Shown here: positions 61,759 through 64,000 of the stretch, piece by piece
How positions within the stretch are numbered: the stretch's first letter is position 1
Layout of the letters: each line of letters opens with the position of its first letter
Assembly (NCBI GenBank): GCA_002269645.1
Contig: NIVC01001676.1
Coordinates: forward strand, 62,001 to 126,000
DNA length: 64,000 nucleotides
Reading direction: 5' to 3'
Origin: Macrostomum lignano
Taxonomy: Eukaryota
Made by a program: the position numbers and the translations under genes
The notes under the pieces: generated by a model
The model's input: only the letters and a program-made list of their open reading frames with translations
Told to the model about the DNA's origin: nothing
Database searches by the model: none

Positions 61759-61911
61759 CTGAAGCCAGAAGTGATTGGATTGTTCTGCATTTTTATTGGC
61801 TTGCTACTTAGTAACTTGCAGTAAGTAGTGTGACTGGAATTTTACCGCCTTATAAAGATTAAAAGCGTTGAAAATGCTATTAACATCATTCTAACTGGGC
61901 TCGTTCCATCT

Positions 61912-62578
61912 CCTCCCACTCTCTCCCACTCTGTCTAACTCTCACCCACTCTGTCTCACTCTCACCTACTCTGTCTCACTCTCACCCACTCTGTCCCACT
62001 CTCTCCCACTCTGTCTCACTCTCACCCACTCTGTCCCACTCTCTCCCACTCTGTCTCACTCTCACCCACCATGTCTAACTCTCACCCACTCTGTCTCACT
62101 CTCACTCACTCTGTCTCACTCTCACCCACTCTGTCCCACTCTCACCCACCATGTCTCACTCTCACCTACTCTGTCTCACTCTCACTCACTCTGTCTCACT
62201 CTCACTCACTCTGTCTCACTGTCCCACTCTCACTCAGCCTGTCTCACTCTCACCCACTCTGTCTCACTCTCACTCACTCTGTCTCACTCTCACCCACTCT
62301 GTCCCACTCTCACCCACTCTGTCTCACTCTCACCCACTCTGTCTCACTCTCACCCACCATGTCTAACTCTCACCCACTCTGTCTCACTCTCACCCACTCT
62401 GCCTCACCCTCTCCCACTCTGTCTCACTCTCACCCACTCTGTCTCACTCTCACCCACCATGTCTCACTCTCACCTACTCTGTCTCACTCTCACTCACTCT
62501 GTCTCACTCTCACTCACTCTGTCTCACTGTCCCACTCTCACTCAGCCTATCTCACTCTCACCCACTCTGTCTCACTCT
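61912..62578. repeat. 20-bp minisatellite (CTCTCACCCACTCTGTCTCA)n, intronic
   Basis: Read directly. Confidence 0.92.
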
Positions 62579-62608
62579 TAACAGCAGCCGTGAAGCACCC
62601 AGTCTCAC

Positions 62609-62780
62609 CCTGATATCCGGCAGGTCCGTGATCGCTGCCGCTGGTGCCTCCCTGATCAGCCAGGCTCCCGGTGCCCTTGCCGCTGTCATCGTTGGAGCCC
62701 TCCAGAGACTGCAGGCTGGACAGGTCGGCCGGTGCCAGGCCGTCCTGCTGATAGGACATGTAGCCCTGGGCGGCGCCACC
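62609..62780 (-). CDS. Penultimate exon of the same gene (contains DDSGKG)
   Basis: GGAAQGYMSYQQDG...SNDDSGKGTGSLAD...GYQ; ACAG acceptor, G|GTGAGA donor; DSGKG resembles the protocadherin CM1 motif. Confidence 0.6.
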
Positions 62781-63732
62781 CTGTTTTTTGTTGAAAATCA
62801 AATTTAGACGAAATGCGCAAATTCTATTACTCAAAGTAGAAGTCAACGCAAATAGCTGTCAAAAATTTGAAAGCGAAAGGAAAACAAAAGTTTATGACAG
62901 AATTTGGCTAAAAATGCATTCCCATTGATTTGTTTATCTTTAATATAAGGCTGCCTTCAGTCAGTTTCAGACTGGCTTGCTTTCCAGCTGCAAAAAAATC
63001 ATCTCCCAAAGTTGCCAATCTGAAGGCCAAGCATCTCTTCTGCATCTTTCCGCCGCTGATATTGCAGGATGGTAGGTGGGTGGCGGAGGGCAAGTCTGAA
63101 AGACCCCCGGGCGCACTTAATTCCCTCTTCTCTCTCCTCCATTCTTCGTGCTGCTTTTTTAGAGACGACGCTCGAATGTATGGAAGGGGAAATTGTCGGT
63201 GGACGGGCCGGCCTCTCATCCGACTGCGACGCGGAATAGTTGGGGTAATTAGGGCCGCGCCAATGGCTTTTGAACTGCGCGCGTGTCTGGGCAGCCCCTC
63301 CCCAGCTCCCTGCAGTTTTACTCCCTTTAGCACTTAAGTCACTGAGGAAGGCGGGAGGGGCAGCAGACGGAACAGGCGCAATTCCCAGGCAAGCAAACCC
63401 AGGAAGCAAACAGCAAAGAAGTAAAGGTGGAGGCTACCGAATTAACTCTTTGCTGGACCAACAGCAGTTCGATAGGAGGGCGGCCTTGTCTCGGTATTTT
63501 TTTCTCAGAAAAAATTCGACCATGATGTCAAGTTTAAAAAAGCGGCGCAGAACAGGAGGGAACGATGGAATTTCGCTTTGGTGGTTTTTTAAAAAGACTT
63601 GGATGGGCAATTACTGTGCCCCCTGCTAAGCGGACTTCTGCGGCAGCAATTAAGACACCGGAGGTTGGTTGGGGAGAACTGAAGCAGTTGGATGATTTTA
63701 GCGCGTAACCTGCCTGCCATTGTAAGTCATGC

Positions 63733-63885
63733 GAGATGAGGCATCAGCATTCACAATGTCACAGCAGAGATGAGGCATCAGCATTCACAATGTCACAGCA
63801 GAGATGAGGCATCAGCATTCACAATGTCACAGCAGAGATGAGGCATCAGCATTCACAATGTCACAGCAGAGATGAGGCATCAGCA
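63733..63885. repeat. 34-bp repeat, about 4.5 copies, intronic
   Basis: GAGATGAGGCATCAGCATTCACAATGTCACAGCA at 63733, 63767 and onward. Confidence 0.92.
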
Positions 63886-63894
63886 CTAACGAAC

Positions 63895-64000
63895 CCGGAA
63901 CTGCTGCACAGTGGATGAGATGCAGGATGCCATTGGTTTCACTTCCTCGACCGGGCTGTCGCTAAGGAAGCCGCCGCCGCCTCCAGACATCCGGGATGCC
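63895..64000 (-). CDS. Probable upstream exon of the same gene (partial, cut by the window end)
   Basis: ASRMSGGGGGFLSDSPVEEVKPMASCISSTVQQFR, GC-rich; CGG|GTTCGT donor, phase 0, compatible with the acceptor at 62780. Confidence 0.45.

Overview
Eukaryotic, intron-containing, repeat-saturated genomic DNA. The GC-rich Ala/Gln-rich exons and intronic minisatellites suggest a flatworm such as Macrostomum, but this is an inference. Eight protein-coding loci can be assembled by hand. Six have recognisable families: TATDN1 (-, partial), a C1-RA-SARAH RASSF1/5-like gene (-), PGS1 (+, one frameshift), CHMP1B (+), PDIA3/ERp57 (-, complete, 490 aa) and a DEG/ENaC channel (-, about 568 aa). Two are less certain: an unidentified poly-Gln gene (+) split by a 716-nt N gap, and the 3' end of a protocadherin-like or other membrane-protein gene (-). 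Mobile elements are a tRNA-derived CORE-type SINE, a decayed FLYWCH-MULE transposase, and a 682-bp hAT-type non-autonomous element with an 8-bp target-site duplication inside a 5.6-kb (GTTA)n array. Much of the window is tandem repeat, and nearly every intron carries its own array. Most long ORFs in the supplied track are translations of these repeats. No prokaryotic system, CRISPR array, rRNA gene or intact tRNA gene is supported.
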